The notes: a model not told the origin generated them from the sequence alone. Positions 1 to 10,102 are shown, counted from the stretch's first letter. The stretch: 64,000 nt of DNA from Burkholderiales bacterium (GCA_046347835.1 JAXMFI010000003.1:41759-105758); one strand, 5' to 3'. Numbers and translations: made by a program.

Positions 1-207
1 CTCGGAGACCTCGCCGGCGCTGCGGACGAGCGCCGTGCCGTCGCGCCGGAACGTGTACGTCTCGGTGCAGTCGAGCTGCGGGATCGCGAATTTCCACGTG
101 CCGACGAACGGATGGTCGGCGGGCAGTTCCGCGGCCGCGACGCGCGCGGCGGCCGCGATCGCGAGCAGCCCCACGGCCGCCGCGCAGCCGATGCCGGACC
201 GTCTCAT
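1..207 (-). CDS. Hypothetical exported protein (partial, runs off window start)
   Basis: Manual translation MRRSGIGCAAAVGLLAIAAAARVAAAELPADHPFVGTWKFAIPQLDCTETYTFRRDG...; signal-peptide-like N-terminus; ATG overlaps the AKR stop (ATGA). Confidence 0.7.
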   Translation of the reverse strand, partial: MRRSGIGCAAAVGLLAIAAAARVAAAELPADHPFVGTWKFAIPQLDCTETYTFRRDGTALVRSAGEVSE

Positions 208-1208
208 GCCGATATCCTCCCGAAGAACGGGTACTGCGGATCGTTGTACCCGTGCGTCGACGCATGGCCCGGGGTCACCAGCGCGTCGACCAGCGCCTCG
301 TCCTCGTCGCTCCACGCGGTACCGATCGCGGCGACGTAGTCCTGCCACTGCGCGAGCGTGCGCGGCCCGGCGATGATCGACGTGACGATGCGATTCGCCC
401 ACAGCCACGCGAGCGCGAACTGCGTCAGCGAGCGGCCGGTCTTCGCGGCGTGCGCGGCGAGCCTCTGCGCGATCGCGTAGGACTCGGCACGCTGCTCGGT
501 CTCGCGGAAGCGCGCGTCGCCGCGTCCCTCGCGCGAGTCCGCCGGGGCCGGCGCGCCGGGGACGTACTTGCCGGTCAGCACGCCGCGGGCGATCGGCGAG
601 TACGGCGTCACGCCGATCCCGTAGTAATCGCACGCGGGGAGGACCTCGACCTCGGGCTGGCGGTTCAGCAGGTTGTAGTACGGCTGGCAGACGACCGGCG
701 GCGGCACGCCCTGCGCCGCGCACTCGGCCACGACCTCGGCGATGCGCCAGCCACGGTAGTTCGACACGCCGAAGTAGCGGATCTTGCCGGCGCGGATGAG
801 TTCGCCGATCGCGCCGACGGTCTCCGCGAGCGGCGTGTCGAGGTCGTCGCGGTGCAGGTAGTAGATGTCGACGTAGTCCGTGGCAAGGCGGGCGAGGCTG
901 TCCTCGCACGCCGCGAGCACCCAGCGGCGCGACAGCCCGCCGTCGACGGGCTTTGCCGTCAGCACGTTGCCGACCTTGGTGGCGAGGATCCAGTGCCGGC
1001 GCTCGCCCTTGATGGCGGCGCCGACGATCCGCTCGGAGTCCGTCTTTCCGTAGGCGTCGGCGGTGTCGATGAAGTTGACGCCGGCGTCGCGCGCGGCGTG
1101 GACGATCCGCGCGGACTCCGCGGCGTCCGTGCGGTCGCCGAACATCATCGTGCCCACGCACAGCGGCGAGACGAGGAGGCCGCTGGCGCCCAGTCGAACG
1201 TATTCCAT
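204..1208 (-). CDS. Aldo/keto reductase
   Basis: LCVGTMMFG, FIDTADAYG, ILATKVG, DIYYLHRDD, GKIRYFGVSNY and QPYYNLL motifs. Confidence 0.95.
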   Translation of the reverse strand: MEYVRLGASGLLVSPLCVGTMMFGDRTDAAESARIVHAARDAGVNFIDTADAYGKTDSERIVGAAIKGERRHWILATKVGNVLTAKPVDGGLSRRWVLAACEDSLARLATDYVDIYYLHRDDLDTPLAETVGAIGELIRAGKIRYFGVSNYRGWRIAEVVAECAAQGVPPPVVCQPYYNLLNRQPEVEVLPACDYYGIGVTPYSPIARGVLTGKYVPGAPAPADSREGRGDARFRETEQRAESYAIAQRLAAHAAKTGRSLTQFALAWLWANRIVTSIIAGPRTLAQWQDYVAAIGTAWSDEDEALVDALVTPGHASTHGYNDPQYPFFGRISA

Positions 1209-1279
1209 GGAGCCGGATCCTGCACGAGGCGAAGCTGCCCAATATGCAGCATCGCGGCGGTCCGCGCAATCGGGCCGAC

Positions 1280-1285
1280 TATAAT
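1280..1285 (+). promoter_or_regulatory. Candidate sigma70 -10 box for the RNB gene
   Basis: Perfect TATAAT in a GC-rich divergent intergenic region. Confidence 0.45.
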
Positions 1286-1348
1286 CGCGCCTCCCTCCCG
1301 GGGGCGCCGCGCGCTCCCGCGGGCCTCCGATCCCCGAGCCCCCAACCG

Positions 1349-3208
1349 ATGAACGTGCTGTTCGAGGACGACGGCCAGCTGAAGGCCGGCGCCGTGCTCG
1401 CCGACAACGACGCGACGCTGCAGGTCGAGGCGGTGTCCGGCAAGCGGCAGAAGGTCAAGGCGGGCCACGTGCTGCTGCGCTTCGCGTCGCCCGGACCCGG
1501 CGAGGCGTTCGCGGACGGACAGCGGCTCGCGGCGGAGCTCGACCCGACGTTCCTGTGGGAAGTCAGCGGCGACGACGAGTTCGGCTTCGCCGATCTCGCC
1601 CGCGAGTACTACGGCGGCGCGCCGACGCCGGCGCAGGCGGCGGCGGTCGCGCTCACGCTGCACGCGTCGCCGATGCATTTCTACAAGAAGGGCAAGGGCC
1701 GCTACCGCAAGGCGCCGCCGGACGCGCTGCGGGCGGCGCTGGCGTCCGTCGAGCGGCGCGCGCGCGAGGCGGAGCAGATCGCCGCGTGGACGGCGGAGCT
1801 CGCGGCGCGCCGGCTGCCCGACGCGCTCTCCGCGAAGCTGCCGATGCTGCTCTACAAGCCCGACAAGAACGCGCTCGAGTGGAAAGCGCTCGCCGCCGCG
1901 TGCGACGCGGGCAGGACGAATCCGGTCGAGCTGCTGGCGGCATGCGGCGCCATCCCGTCGACGCACGAGTTCCACTTCAACCGCTTCCTCGCCGAGGCCT
2001 TTCCGCAGGGCGTGGCGTTCGGTGACGGCGGCGCGCTGCAGCCGCTGCCGGAACTGCCGGTGGCGCCCGCGCCGGCGTTCTCGATCGACGACGCGACGAC
2101 GACCGAGATCGACGACGCGTTCTCGGTGCGCGAGCTGCCGAACGGCCATTACGAGGTCGGCATCCACATCGCGTGCCCGGCGCTGTCGATGCCGCGCGGC
2201 GGCGCGCTCGATCGCATCGCGCGCGAGCGGCTGTCGACCGTCTACATGCCCGGGCGCAAGCTGACGATGCTGCCCGACGACGCGATCGCCGCGTTCACGC
2301 TGCACGAGGGCGCGACGCCGCCGGCGCTCTCGCTGCTGCTGGAAGTCGCGCCCGACGGCACGCCGGTGCGGCACGAGACGCGCGTGCAGCGCGTTCCCAT
2401 CGCGGCGAACCTGCGGCTCGACGGCGTCACCGGCGCGTTCGCCAACGACCTGCCGTCGCCGGCGGACCCGCCGTGGACGCAGGAGCTGCGCGTGCTCTGG
2501 AAGCTCGCGCGGCACCTGTCGGCGCAGCGCGGCAAGGACGACATCCAGCGCATCGACTACAGCTTCTACGTCGACTGGGACGCCGCGCCCGACGGGCGTG
2601 TCGCAATCGTGCCGCGCGAGCGCGGCAGCCCGCTCGACAAGCTCGTCTCCGAGCTCATGATTCACGTGAACAGCACGTGGGGCCGCCTGCTGGCTGACCG
2701 CAAGGCGGCCGGCCTCTACCGCGTGCAGGCGGCAGGCAAGGTCAAGATGAGCACGCGCCCCGGCGAACACCAGGGACTCGGCCTCACGCACTACCTGTGG
2801 GCGAGCTCGCCGCTGCGGCGCTACAGCGACCTCGTCAATCAGCGGCAACTCGTGGCCGTGATCTCGGGCGAGGCGCCGCCGTACGCGGACAACGACGCGG
2901 ATCTCTTCGCGGCGCTCGCGGATTTCGAGGCGACCTACAGCCAGTACGCGGAGTTCCAGGAGCGCATGGAGCATTACTGGTGCCTGCGCTGGCTGCTGCA
3001 GGAAAACGTGACCGAGACCACGGCGCGGGTGATCCGCGAGAACCTCGTCCGCTGCGAGCGCCTGCCGCTCGTCACGCGCGTGCCGGACCTGCCGCCGCAG
3101 CCGCCCGACACGGTCGTGCGCGTGGCCTTCGCGCGCATCGACCTGCTGAACGCGACGTTCGAGTGCCGCTTCGCCGGGTTGCAGGCCGACAACACGAACG
3201 CCGGCTGA
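1349..3208 (+). CDS. RNB-domain exoribonuclease (RNase II family)
   Basis: MNVLFEDDG start typical of the betaproteobacterial family; catalytic SIDDATTTEIDDAFS; SSPLRRYSDLVNQRQ. Confidence 0.92.
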   Translation: MNVLFEDDGQLKAGAVLADNDATLQVEAVSGKRQKVKAGHVLLRFASPGPGEAFADGQRLAAELDPTFLWEVSGDDEFGFADLAREYYGGAPTPAQAAAVALTLHASPMHFYKKGKGRYRKAPPDALRAALASVERRAREAEQIAAWTAELAARRLPDALSAKLPMLLYKPDKNALEWKALAAACDAGRTNPVELLAACGAIPSTHEFHFNRFLAEAFPQGVAFGDGGALQPLPELPVAPAPAFSIDDATTTEIDDAFSVRELPNGHYEVGIHIACPALSMPRGGALDRIARERLSTVYMPGRKLTMLPDDAIAAFTLHEGATPPALSLLLEVAPDGTPVRHETRVQRVPIAANLRLDGVTGAFANDLPSPADPPWTQELRVLWKLARHLSAQRGKDDIQRIDYSFYVDWDAAPDGRVAIVPRERGSPLDKLVSELMIHVNSTWGRLLADRKAAGLYRVQAAGKVKMSTRPGEHQGLGLTHYLWASSPLRRYSDLVNQRQLVAVISGEAPPYADNDADLFAALADFEATYSQYAEFQERMEHYWCLRWLLQENVTETTARVIRENLVRCERLPLVTRVPDLPPQPPDTVVRVAFARIDLLNATFECRFAGLQADNTNAG

Positions 3209-3242
3209 CCGCCCGCGCCCGTCCGGCCGCCATGACGGCGGC

Positions 3243-4532
3243 ATGACAGGCGCATACAATGACGGGCGAACCCCACCCGACCCCACCACGAAAACGCCCG
3301 TGCCGCGCCGCGCGACGCCGCCCAAGCCGAGTCCCGACGCCGCGCCGGGTGTGCCGGAGGCTCTGCCTGCCGTCGCTGCCGTACCGCCGCCAGTCAAGCG
3401 CGCGGCGCCGGCCGCAACGGCGGGGAAGCGCCCGGCGGCGGCGGCGTCCACGCGCGCGAAGGACCCGACGGTCGCGATCCCCCCGCCGGAGGCGCTGGCG
3501 GCGCCCGCCGCGCCGCGCAGGAAGCCCGCCGCACCGCGCATCGCGAAGCCGCTGATCGTCGATCCGGAGGTGCCGGCCGTCGTCGAGCCGGCGCGGCAGG
3601 GTCCGGTCCGCCGCACGGCGCACATCGCGCCCGCCGGCGCGCTGCCGCCGGCGGTCATCCCGCGCGAGGCGCTCGTCGCGCCGCGCCACGACCGGCTGCT
3701 CACGATCGCGGTCGCCCTGTCCGTGGCGCTGCACCTCGTCGTGCTGACGATCCACTTCCGGCCGTTCGAGAGCAAAAGCACGCAGGACAAGGGACCGCCG
3801 CTGGAGGTGGCGCTGGTCAACGCGAAGACGGTCGCCAAGCCGACGAAGGCCGACGTCCTCGCGCAGGCGAACCTCGACGGCGGCGGCAACACCGACGCTG
3901 ACCGGCGCGCGAAGACGCCGTTGCCGGTGCTGCCGAAGAACAGCCCCGAGCAGCAGGTCGCGGTCGCGACCGAACGCGTCGAGGCGCTGGAGAAGCAGGC
4001 GCGCGAGCTGATGACGCAGTTGCGCTCGGCGCCGGTCGCGCCGTCGGCGCCGGCGCCGACCGACGCGACCGACAAGCCCGACCTGCCGACTGCCAACGAG
4101 CTGATGCAGAAGACGCTGGAGGCGATGCGGCTGGAGGCGCAGATCGCCAAGGACATGGAGGCGTACCAGAAGCGGCCGAAGCGGCGCTTCGTCGGCGCCC
4201 GCGCCGAGGAGTACCGGTTCGCACGCTACGTCGAGGACTGGCGCCTCAAGATCGAGCGCATCGGCAACCTCAATTACCCGGAGGCGGCGCGCCAGCAGAA
4301 GCTCTACGGCAACCTGCTGCTGACCGTGTCGATCAACAGCGACGGCACCCTCGAGAAGGTCGAGCTGAACCGCACGTCGGGCAGCCGCATCCTCGACGCC
4401 GCGGCGATCCGCATCGTCGAGATGTCGGCGCCGTTCGCGCCGTTCCCCGCCGACATCAAGCGCGACACCGACATCCTGCACATCACGCGCACCTGGACGT
4501 TCACGAAGGCGGACGCGCTGGAGTCGCAATAG
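3243..4532 (+). CDS. TonB-family protein (TonB C-terminal domain) with long Pro/Ala-rich N-terminus; start uncertain
   Basis: TM segment LSVALHLVVL; LAQANLDGGGN; YVEDWRLKIERIGNLNYPEAAR; SGSRILDAAAIRIV; rnb-tonB-aroE-mtgA context. Confidence 0.85.
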   Translation: MTGAYNDGRTPPDPTTKTPVPRRATPPKPSPDAAPGVPEALPAVAAVPPPVKRAAPAATAGKRPAAAASTRAKDPTVAIPPPEALAAPAAPRRKPAAPRIAKPLIVDPEVPAVVEPARQGPVRRTAHIAPAGALPPAVIPREALVAPRHDRLLTIAVALSVALHLVVLTIHFRPFESKSTQDKGPPLEVALVNAKTVAKPTKADVLAQANLDGGGNTDADRRAKTPLPVLPKNSPEQQVAVATERVEALEKQARELMTQLRSAPVAPSAPAPTDATDKPDLPTANELMQKTLEAMRLEAQIAKDMEAYQKRPKRRFVGARAEEYRFARYVEDWRLKIERIGNLNYPEAARQQKLYGNLLLTVSINSDGTLEKVELNRTSGSRILDAAAIRIVEMSAPFAPFPADIKRDTDILHITRTWTFTKADALESQ

Positions 4533-4637
4533 CGGGGCAGGTCCGGTGGACCGGGGTCGGGACGGTAAGATGCGCAGGCTCGACTGCGGCCGGTGAGGCG
4601 GTCGGACTTGCGAACTTCACGGCTCTGACCCCAATTC

Positions 4638-5456
4638 ATGGACCGCTACGCCGTCGTCGGCAACCCCGTCGCCCACTCGAAGTCGCCGCAGATCCACCAG
4701 GCGTTCGCGCGCGCGACCGGGCAGGAGATCCGCTACGAGCGGCTGCTGGCGCCGCTCGGCGGCTTCGCGGAGGTCGCGGCGAACTTCGCGCGCGAGGGCG
4801 GGCTCGGGCTCAACGTCACGGTGCCGTTCAAGCTCGACGCGCTGGCGATCGCCGACCACGCGAGCGAGCGCGCGCACGCGGCCGGCGCGTGCAATACGCT
4901 GAAGCGCGACGGCGACGAGTGGTACGCCGACAACACCGACGGCGCCGGCATCATCCGCGACCTCACGTTCAACCTCGGCGTGCCGATCCGCGGCCGCGAC
5001 ATGCTCGTCCTCGGCGCCGGCGGCGCCGCGCGCGGGATCCTGCTGCCGCTGCTGCACGAGCGGCCGCGGTCGATCACGATCGCCAACCGGACGATGGTGA
5101 AGGCCGACGCGCTCGTCGAGCGGTTCTCGGCGCAGGGGCCGGTCGCGTCGGTCGAGCTCCCGGAACTCGCCGGCATGCGGTTCGACGTCGTGATCAACGC
5201 GACGAGCGCCGGGATCTCCGGCGAGGTCGCGCTGCCGTGGCCGTCCGGACTGTTTCGGCGGGGAAGCTTCGCCTACGACATGGTGTACGGCGACGCGCCG
5301 ACGCCGTTCCTGCGCTGGGCGCGCGCGGAGGGCGCCGCTCGCTGGGCCGACGGCCTCGGCATGCTGGTCGAGCAGGCGGCCGAGAGCTTCGTGCTCTGGC
5401 GCGGCGTGCGGCCGGACACCCGGGCCGTGTTCGCGATGCTGCGTCCGGGGCGCTGA
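4638..5456 (+). CDS. aroE: Shikimate dehydrogenase
   Basis: GNPVAHSKSPQIH, NVTVPFK, DNTDGAG, LGAGGAARG, DGLGMLVEQAAESF. Confidence 0.97.
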   Translation: MDRYAVVGNPVAHSKSPQIHQAFARATGQEIRYERLLAPLGGFAEVAANFAREGGLGLNVTVPFKLDALAIADHASERAHAAGACNTLKRDGDEWYADNTDGAGIIRDLTFNLGVPIRGRDMLVLGAGGAARGILLPLLHERPRSITIANRTMVKADALVERFSAQGPVASVELPELAGMRFDVVINATSAGISGEVALPWPSGLFRRGSFAYDMVYGDAPTPFLRWARAEGAARWADGLGMLVEQAAESFVLWRGVRPDTRAVFAMLRPGR

Positions 5457-6169
5457 TGGGGGCGGCGCGCCGCGGCTCGGCGTGGTTGCGCGGGCTCGGC
5501 TGGATCGTCGCGGCGGCCGCCGCCGCACTGGTGGCGGTCCACCTGTGGTACGCGGCGCAGATCCTCTGGTGGCGCAGCCATCCGGTCGGCGAGACGTCGT
5601 TCATGGCGTACCGGATGGACGAGCTCTCCGCGAAGAACCCGAAGGCGCAGCTGAAATACGCGTGGGTGCCGTACGACCGGATCTCGGCGAACCTGAAGCG
5701 CGCGATGGTCGCGGCCGAGGACGCCAAATTCGTCGAGCACGAGGGCTTCGACTGGGAGGGCATCCAGCTCGCCATCGAGAAGAACCAGAAGAAGGGGCGG
5801 GTCGTCGCCGGCGGATCGACGATCACGCAGCAGCTCGCGAAGAACCTGTTCCTGACGCCGGCACGGAGCTACGTGCGCAAGGCGCAGGAGGCGGCGATCA
5901 CGGTGATGCTCGAAGCGCTGCTGCCGAAGCGGCGGATCCTCGAGATCTACCTCAACGTCGTCGAATGGGGCAACGGCGTGTTCGGGGCGGAGTCCGCCGC
6001 GCGTCACTACTTCGGCGTCACCGCCGCGCAGCTGTCGGCGGAGCAGGCGGCGCGGCTTGCCGCCATGGCGCCCAACCCGCGGTTCTACGAGCGCAACCAG
6101 GGCGCGCCCGGCCTCAACCGCAAGATCGGGATCATCCTCGCGCGGATGCCGTCGGCCGAGCTGCCGTAG
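5456..6169 (+). CDS. mtgA: Monofunctional peptidoglycan transglycosylase
   Basis: AAEDAKFVEHEGFD, GGSTITQQLAKNLFL, RKAQEA, ILEIYLNVVEWG; ATG overlaps the aroE stop. Confidence 0.95.
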   Translation: MGAARRGSAWLRGLGWIVAAAAAALVAVHLWYAAQILWWRSHPVGETSFMAYRMDELSAKNPKAQLKYAWVPYDRISANLKRAMVAAEDAKFVEHEGFDWEGIQLAIEKNQKKGRVVAGGSTITQQLAKNLFLTPARSYVRKAQEAAITVMLEALLPKRRILEIYLNVVEWGNGVFGAESAARHYFGVTAAQLSAEQAARLAAMAPNPRFYERNQGAPGLNRKIGIILARMPSAELP

Positions 6170-6325
6170 AAGCGTCGGGGTCGGGCCGCCCGCATGGGCG
6201 CACGGGACGACACGACGGTGACCTGCGCCCGCATCGCCGCCCCGGCCCCGGTGTTCCTGCGGCATTGGCGGTAGAATGCGGCCCGTCCGCACGAGCCGCG
6301 CGTTGCCCTTGGCCCCAAGTCCTAC

Positions 6326-7813
6326 ATGTCCGAGACCGTCGAAGAAGCTGCGGGCGAACGCCCGGAAGCGCGCGAGCGTGTCCAGGACGCGCTCGCCGAG
6401 ATCACGGCGCTGCTGCGCAAGCACAGGCTGGTCGAGGGGCTGGTCCACGAGCAGCTCGAGCACGCGCCGGTAGCCGAGGGCGGGGACCGCGCCGGGCTCG
6501 TCGAGAGCCTCGTCACGCGGCAGAACAAGGCGGAGCTCCAGCGCCGGCTCGACCGGCTGCACCCGGCCGACATCGCGTTCGTTCTCGAGGCGCTGCCGCT
6601 CGACGAGCGCCTCTACATCTGGGACCTCGTCAAGGCGGACCGCGACGGCGAGATCCTGCTCGAGGTCTCGGAGCCGGTCCGCGAGTCGCTCATCTCCTCG
6701 ATGGACACCGAGGAGCTCGTCGCCGCGACCGAGACGCTCGACGCCGAGGAGATCGCCGAGCTCGCGCCCGACCTGCCGCAGGAGGTGATGGACGACGTCT
6801 TCTCCAGCCTGCCCGTGGAGGAGCGCGAGCAGCTGCGCGCGGCGATGTCGTTCGAGGACGACATGGTCGGCGCGCTGATGGACTTCGAGGACCTGCAGGT
6901 GCGTCCCGACGTCACGCTCGAGGTCGTGCTGCGCTACCTGCGCCGGTTCGACGAGCTGCCGTCGCAGACCGACCAGCTCTTCGTCGTCGACCGCGACGAG
7001 AAGCTGCTCGGCGTGCTGCCGGTCAACAAGCTGATCGTCAACGACCCGGAGGTCCTGGTCGGCGCCATCATGCAGCCGCCGGTGGTCAAGCTGCAGCAGC
7101 ACGAGAAGGCGGACGAGGCGGCCAGCGCGTTCGAGCGCTACGACCTCGTGTCCGCGCCCGTCGTCGACACCAACGACAGGCTCGTCGGCCGCGTCACCGT
7201 CGACGAGGTGCTCGACTTCGTCCGTGCGCGCGGCGAGGAGGACGTGCTGCAGCAGGCCGGCCTGCGCGAGGAGGAGGACGTGTTCGCGTCGGTCTGGAAG
7301 TCGTTCCAGAACCGCTGGGCGTGGCTGGCGATCAACCTGGTGACCGCGTTCATCGCGTCGCGCGTGATCGGCGTGTTCGAAGGCTCGATCGAGAAGCTGG
7401 TCGCGCTCGCCGCGCTGATGCCGATCGTCGCCGGCATCGGCGGCAACTCGGGCAACCAGACGATCACGATGATCGTGCGCGCAGCGGCGCTGGGGCAGGT
7501 GACCCGCGAGCACGCGCGCACGCTGATCCGGAAGGAGATCGTCGTGGCGCTGATCAACGGCCTCGTCTGGGGCGGCGTGATGGGGCTGGTGGCGATGCTG
7601 CTGTACAAGGACGTGCCGCTCGGGCTCGTCATGGTGCTCGCGATGACGCTGAACCTGATGCTCGCCGCGTCGATGGGCGTGCTGATCCCGATGACGATGC
7701 TGAGGCTCGGCCGCGACCCGGCGCTGGGCTCGTCGGTCATGATCACCGCCGTGACCGATTCGGGCGGCTTCTTCATCTTCCTGGGTCTGGCGACGTTGTT
7801 CCTGATCCGGTAG
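6326..7813 (+). CDS. mgtE: Magnesium transporter MgtE
   Basis: LHPADIA N-domain, CBS pair, MPIVAGIGGNSGNQT, DPALGSSVMITAVTDSGGF. Confidence 0.96.
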   Translation: MSETVEEAAGERPEARERVQDALAEITALLRKHRLVEGLVHEQLEHAPVAEGGDRAGLVESLVTRQNKAELQRRLDRLHPADIAFVLEALPLDERLYIWDLVKADRDGEILLEVSEPVRESLISSMDTEELVAATETLDAEEIAELAPDLPQEVMDDVFSSLPVEEREQLRAAMSFEDDMVGALMDFEDLQVRPDVTLEVVLRYLRRFDELPSQTDQLFVVDRDEKLLGVLPVNKLIVNDPEVLVGAIMQPPVVKLQQHEKADEAASAFERYDLVSAPVVDTNDRLVGRVTVDEVLDFVRARGEEDVLQQAGLREEEDVFASVWKSFQNRWAWLAINLVTAFIASRVIGVFEGSIEKLVALAALMPIVAGIGGNSGNQTITMIVRAAALGQVTREHARTLIRKEIVVALINGLVWGGVMGLVAMLLYKDVPLGLVMVLAMTLNLMLAASMGVLIPMTMLRLGRDPALGSSVMITAVTDSGGFFIFLGLATLFLIR

Positions 7814-7826
7814 CGCCGGCGGCGCC

Positions 7827-7851
7827 GGAATAAACGCCGGGCACCCCTGTT
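7827..7851 (+). promoter_or_regulatory. Candidate ECF sigma promoter GGAATA-N15-TGTT
   Basis: GGAATAaacgccgggcaccccTGTT upstream of the secreted repeat protein; same spacing as the copy at 9460. Confidence 0.65.
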
Positions 7852-7891
7852 CACGCCGGTGTCGCTTCGACAACCCACAAAGGAGAACACC

Positions 7892-8263
7892 ATGCTGCGC
7901 AAGACGCTCCCGTACCTCTCGATCGGCCTGCTCGCCGTCTCGCTGACGGCCGGCGCCCAGGCCCCCGCCAAGGCGGCCGCCGACGGCACGCTCGTCGACG
8001 CCAAGGGCATGACGCTCTACACGTTCGACCGCGACGCCGGCGGCAAGAGCGCCTGTAACGGCCCCTGCGCCACCAACTGGCCGCCGCTGATGGCCGGCGC
8101 CGACGCCAAGGCGTCCGGCGACTGGACGATCGTCACGCGCGACGACGGCAGCAAGCAGTGGGCGTACAAGGGCAAGCCCGTTTACACGTGGGCGAAGGAC
8201 ACCAAGCCGGGCGACAAGACCGGCGACGGCGTCAACAACGTGTGGCATACGGCGAAGCAGTAA
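7892..8263 (+). CDS. Secreted repeat protein (COG4315 / Lipoprotein_15-like)
   Basis: AAGGAG RBS; signal peptide; GMTLYTFDRD, SACNGPCATNWPP, QWAYKGKPVYTW, GDKTGDGV. Confidence 0.9.
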   Translation: MLRKTLPYLSIGLLAVSLTAGAQAPAKAAADGTLVDAKGMTLYTFDRDAGGKSACNGPCATNWPPLMAGADAKASGDWTIVTRDDGSKQWAYKGKPVYTWAKDTKPGDKTGDGVNNVWHTAKQ

Positions 8264-8387
8264 CGACCACCCGCCCCAGGCCCGCCCGCGACGGGATCGC
8301 CCGGCGCCTCGCGGCACCGGCGACCGCGCGGGCGGCCTCGTCCCGCGCGGGGTCCGCGTGCAGGCGGGCCGATCCGCCGGCGACGCG

Positions 8388-9365
8388 TCAGTCGATCGTC
8401 GCGGTCGCGAACGCGCGCAACGACGGCGGAAACGAAATGCCGAGCGCCTTGGCGGCCCCGAGGTTCAGCACGAGTTCGTAGCGATCGGGCGTCTCGACTG
8501 GGAGGTCGGCCGGGCGCGCGCCGCCGAGAATCCGGTGCACGAAATACGCGTGGCGCCGGATGAGGTCCGGCAGGCTGGGACCGTACGACATGAGTCCGCC
8601 GGCGTCCGCGTACATGCGCCACGGGTAGATCGCCGGCAGGCGTTGCTCGGCGGCCAGCGCGATGATCTGCGCCCGCAGCGGGTCGATCACCGTCGGCTCG
8701 GCGAGCAGGAAGAACGCGTCGACGCGCGATCGGCGCATCGCGGCGAAGGCTTCGGGCAGCGCGGCCGCATTCGCGACGTCCGTCCGCACCAGCGTGAGCC
8801 CGAGCGTCCTCGCGTCCTGGTCCAGGTTGCGCATGAGGTTCGCATGTCCGGGCATCGACGGATTGGAGATGACGGCCACACGTGTGATGCCGGGGATCGC
8901 CTCTTTGAGGAGCGCCAGCTGCTTCTTTCCGGATTCGCTGCTCAACACGCTCCACCCGGTGATGTTGCCTCCGGGCCGGCCATAGCTGGCGATCAGCCCC
9001 TGTTCGACGGCGTCGAAGGTGCCCATCACGATCGGAACCGTCGTTGTCGCGGCGTGCGCGGCGCGCGTCGACGCGGGCCCCAATGCGACGATCACGTCGA
9101 CTTTCTGCTGCGCGAGTTCGACCGCGAGCGCGTCCAGCCGCGCCTGCGTGCCGTCGCCGAAGCGGCGCTCGACCACGAGGTTGCGGCCTTCTTCATACCC
9201 CAGGTCGCGCAGCCCCTGGTAGAACTGGTTCATGTTGTTCGGCCCGCTGAGGGGCGCGGGAAAGAGGACGCCGATCCGGGGCGGCGGCTTGGCCGGTTGC
9301 GCGCCGGCGGCAACGGCGAAGGCCGCTATTGCGGCGGCGCAGGCGAGGCGCATCAGCGCGGGCAT
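8388..9365 (-). CDS. Orphan ABC transporter substrate-binding protein (COG2984 / ABC_sub_bind family)
   Basis: GLRDLGYEEGRNLVVERR, TTTVPIVM, RPGGNITG, GGLMSYGP, GARPADLPVETP. Confidence 0.9.
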   Translation of the reverse strand: MPALMRLACAAAIAAFAVAAGAQPAKPPPRIGVLFPAPLSGPNNMNQFYQGLRDLGYEEGRNLVVERRFGDGTQARLDALAVELAQQKVDVIVALGPASTRAAHAATTTVPIVMGTFDAVEQGLIASYGRPGGNITGWSVLSSESGKKQLALLKEAIPGITRVAVISNPSMPGHANLMRNLDQDARTLGLTLVRTDVANAAALPEAFAAMRRSRVDAFFLLAEPTVIDPLRAQIIALAAEQRLPAIYPWRMYADAGGLMSYGPSLPDLIRRHAYFVHRILGGARPADLPVETPDRYELVLNLGAAKALGISFPPSLRAFATATID

Positions 9366-9459
9366 CGGATGGGCGATCGGAAGGCAGTGGGCGCGGCGTG
9401 GGGTCGCGCCGCGACCATCTTATACGCGTCCCCGCCCGTCTCGACACGGCCCGGGGGCG

Positions 9460-9484
9460 GGAATATTCTGCGTAACCCTCTGTT
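9460..9484 (+). promoter_or_regulatory. Candidate autoregulatory ECF sigma promoter GGAATA-N15-TGTT
   Basis: GGAATAttctgcgtaaccctcTGTT 53 nt upstream of the sigma ATG. Confidence 0.65.
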
Positions 9485-9537
9485 GGCCTCGGGAATCCGA
9501 GGCAACGCCGGCTTCCCGCGCCGGACCTCGCACGCCC

Positions 9538-10092
9538 ATGGACCCGACGTCCTCCGCCGACCCCCCGCTGCCGCAGCCGGACCTGCTCGCCGCGCTGCCG
9601 CGGCTGCGCCGGTACGCGCGCGTGCTCACCGGCGACGCGAGCCGCGCCGACGACCTCGTGCAGGAAGCCCTCGCGCGCGCGTGGGAGAAGCGGCGGCTGT
9701 GGGCGGCGGGGAGCGACCTCCGCGCGTGGCTGTTCACCGTCATGCACAACGTCTTCGTCAACCAGCGCGCGCTCGCGCGCCACGAGCGGCAGCACGTGTC
9801 GCTCGACGCCGAGGGCGACGGCCAGGAGGCGTGGCAGCTGCCGGTGCGCGCGATGCAGCACACGCGCGTCGAGCTGATGGAGCTGATGCAGCACGTCGGC
9901 CGCCTGCCGGCCGAGCAGCGCGAGGTGCTGCTGCTCGCCGTCGTCGAGGAATTGCGCTACGAGGAGATCGCCGCCGTGCTGGGCATTCCGGTCGGCACCG
10001 TGATGTCGCGCCTGTCGCGGGCGCGCGAGAAGCTGCGCGCGGCGTTCGGCGTGCCGTCGCCCGCGGCGGCGCCGCTCAAGGTCGTGAAGTGA
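9538..10092 (+). CDS. ECF RNA polymerase sigma factor (PrtI/ECF26-like)
   Basis: LPRLRRYARVLTGDASRADDLVQE, DLRAWLFTVMHN, YEEIAAVLGIPVGTVMSRLSRAR. Confidence 0.93.
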   Translation: MDPTSSADPPLPQPDLLAALPRLRRYARVLTGDASRADDLVQEALARAWEKRRLWAAGSDLRAWLFTVMHNVFVNQRALARHERQHVSLDAEGDGQEAWQLPVRAMQHTRVELMELMQHVGRLPAEQREVLLLAVVEELRYEEIAAVLGIPVGTVMSRLSRAREKLRAAFGVPSPAAAPLKVVK

Positions 10093-10102
10093 GGATGCGG
10101 CC

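Noticed and set aside
1145-8317. Long minus-strand ORFs 1145-4156 and 5273-8317 (about 1000 aa)
   Set aside because: Antisense shadows of well-supported plus-strand genes; Arg/Ala-rich with no motifs.
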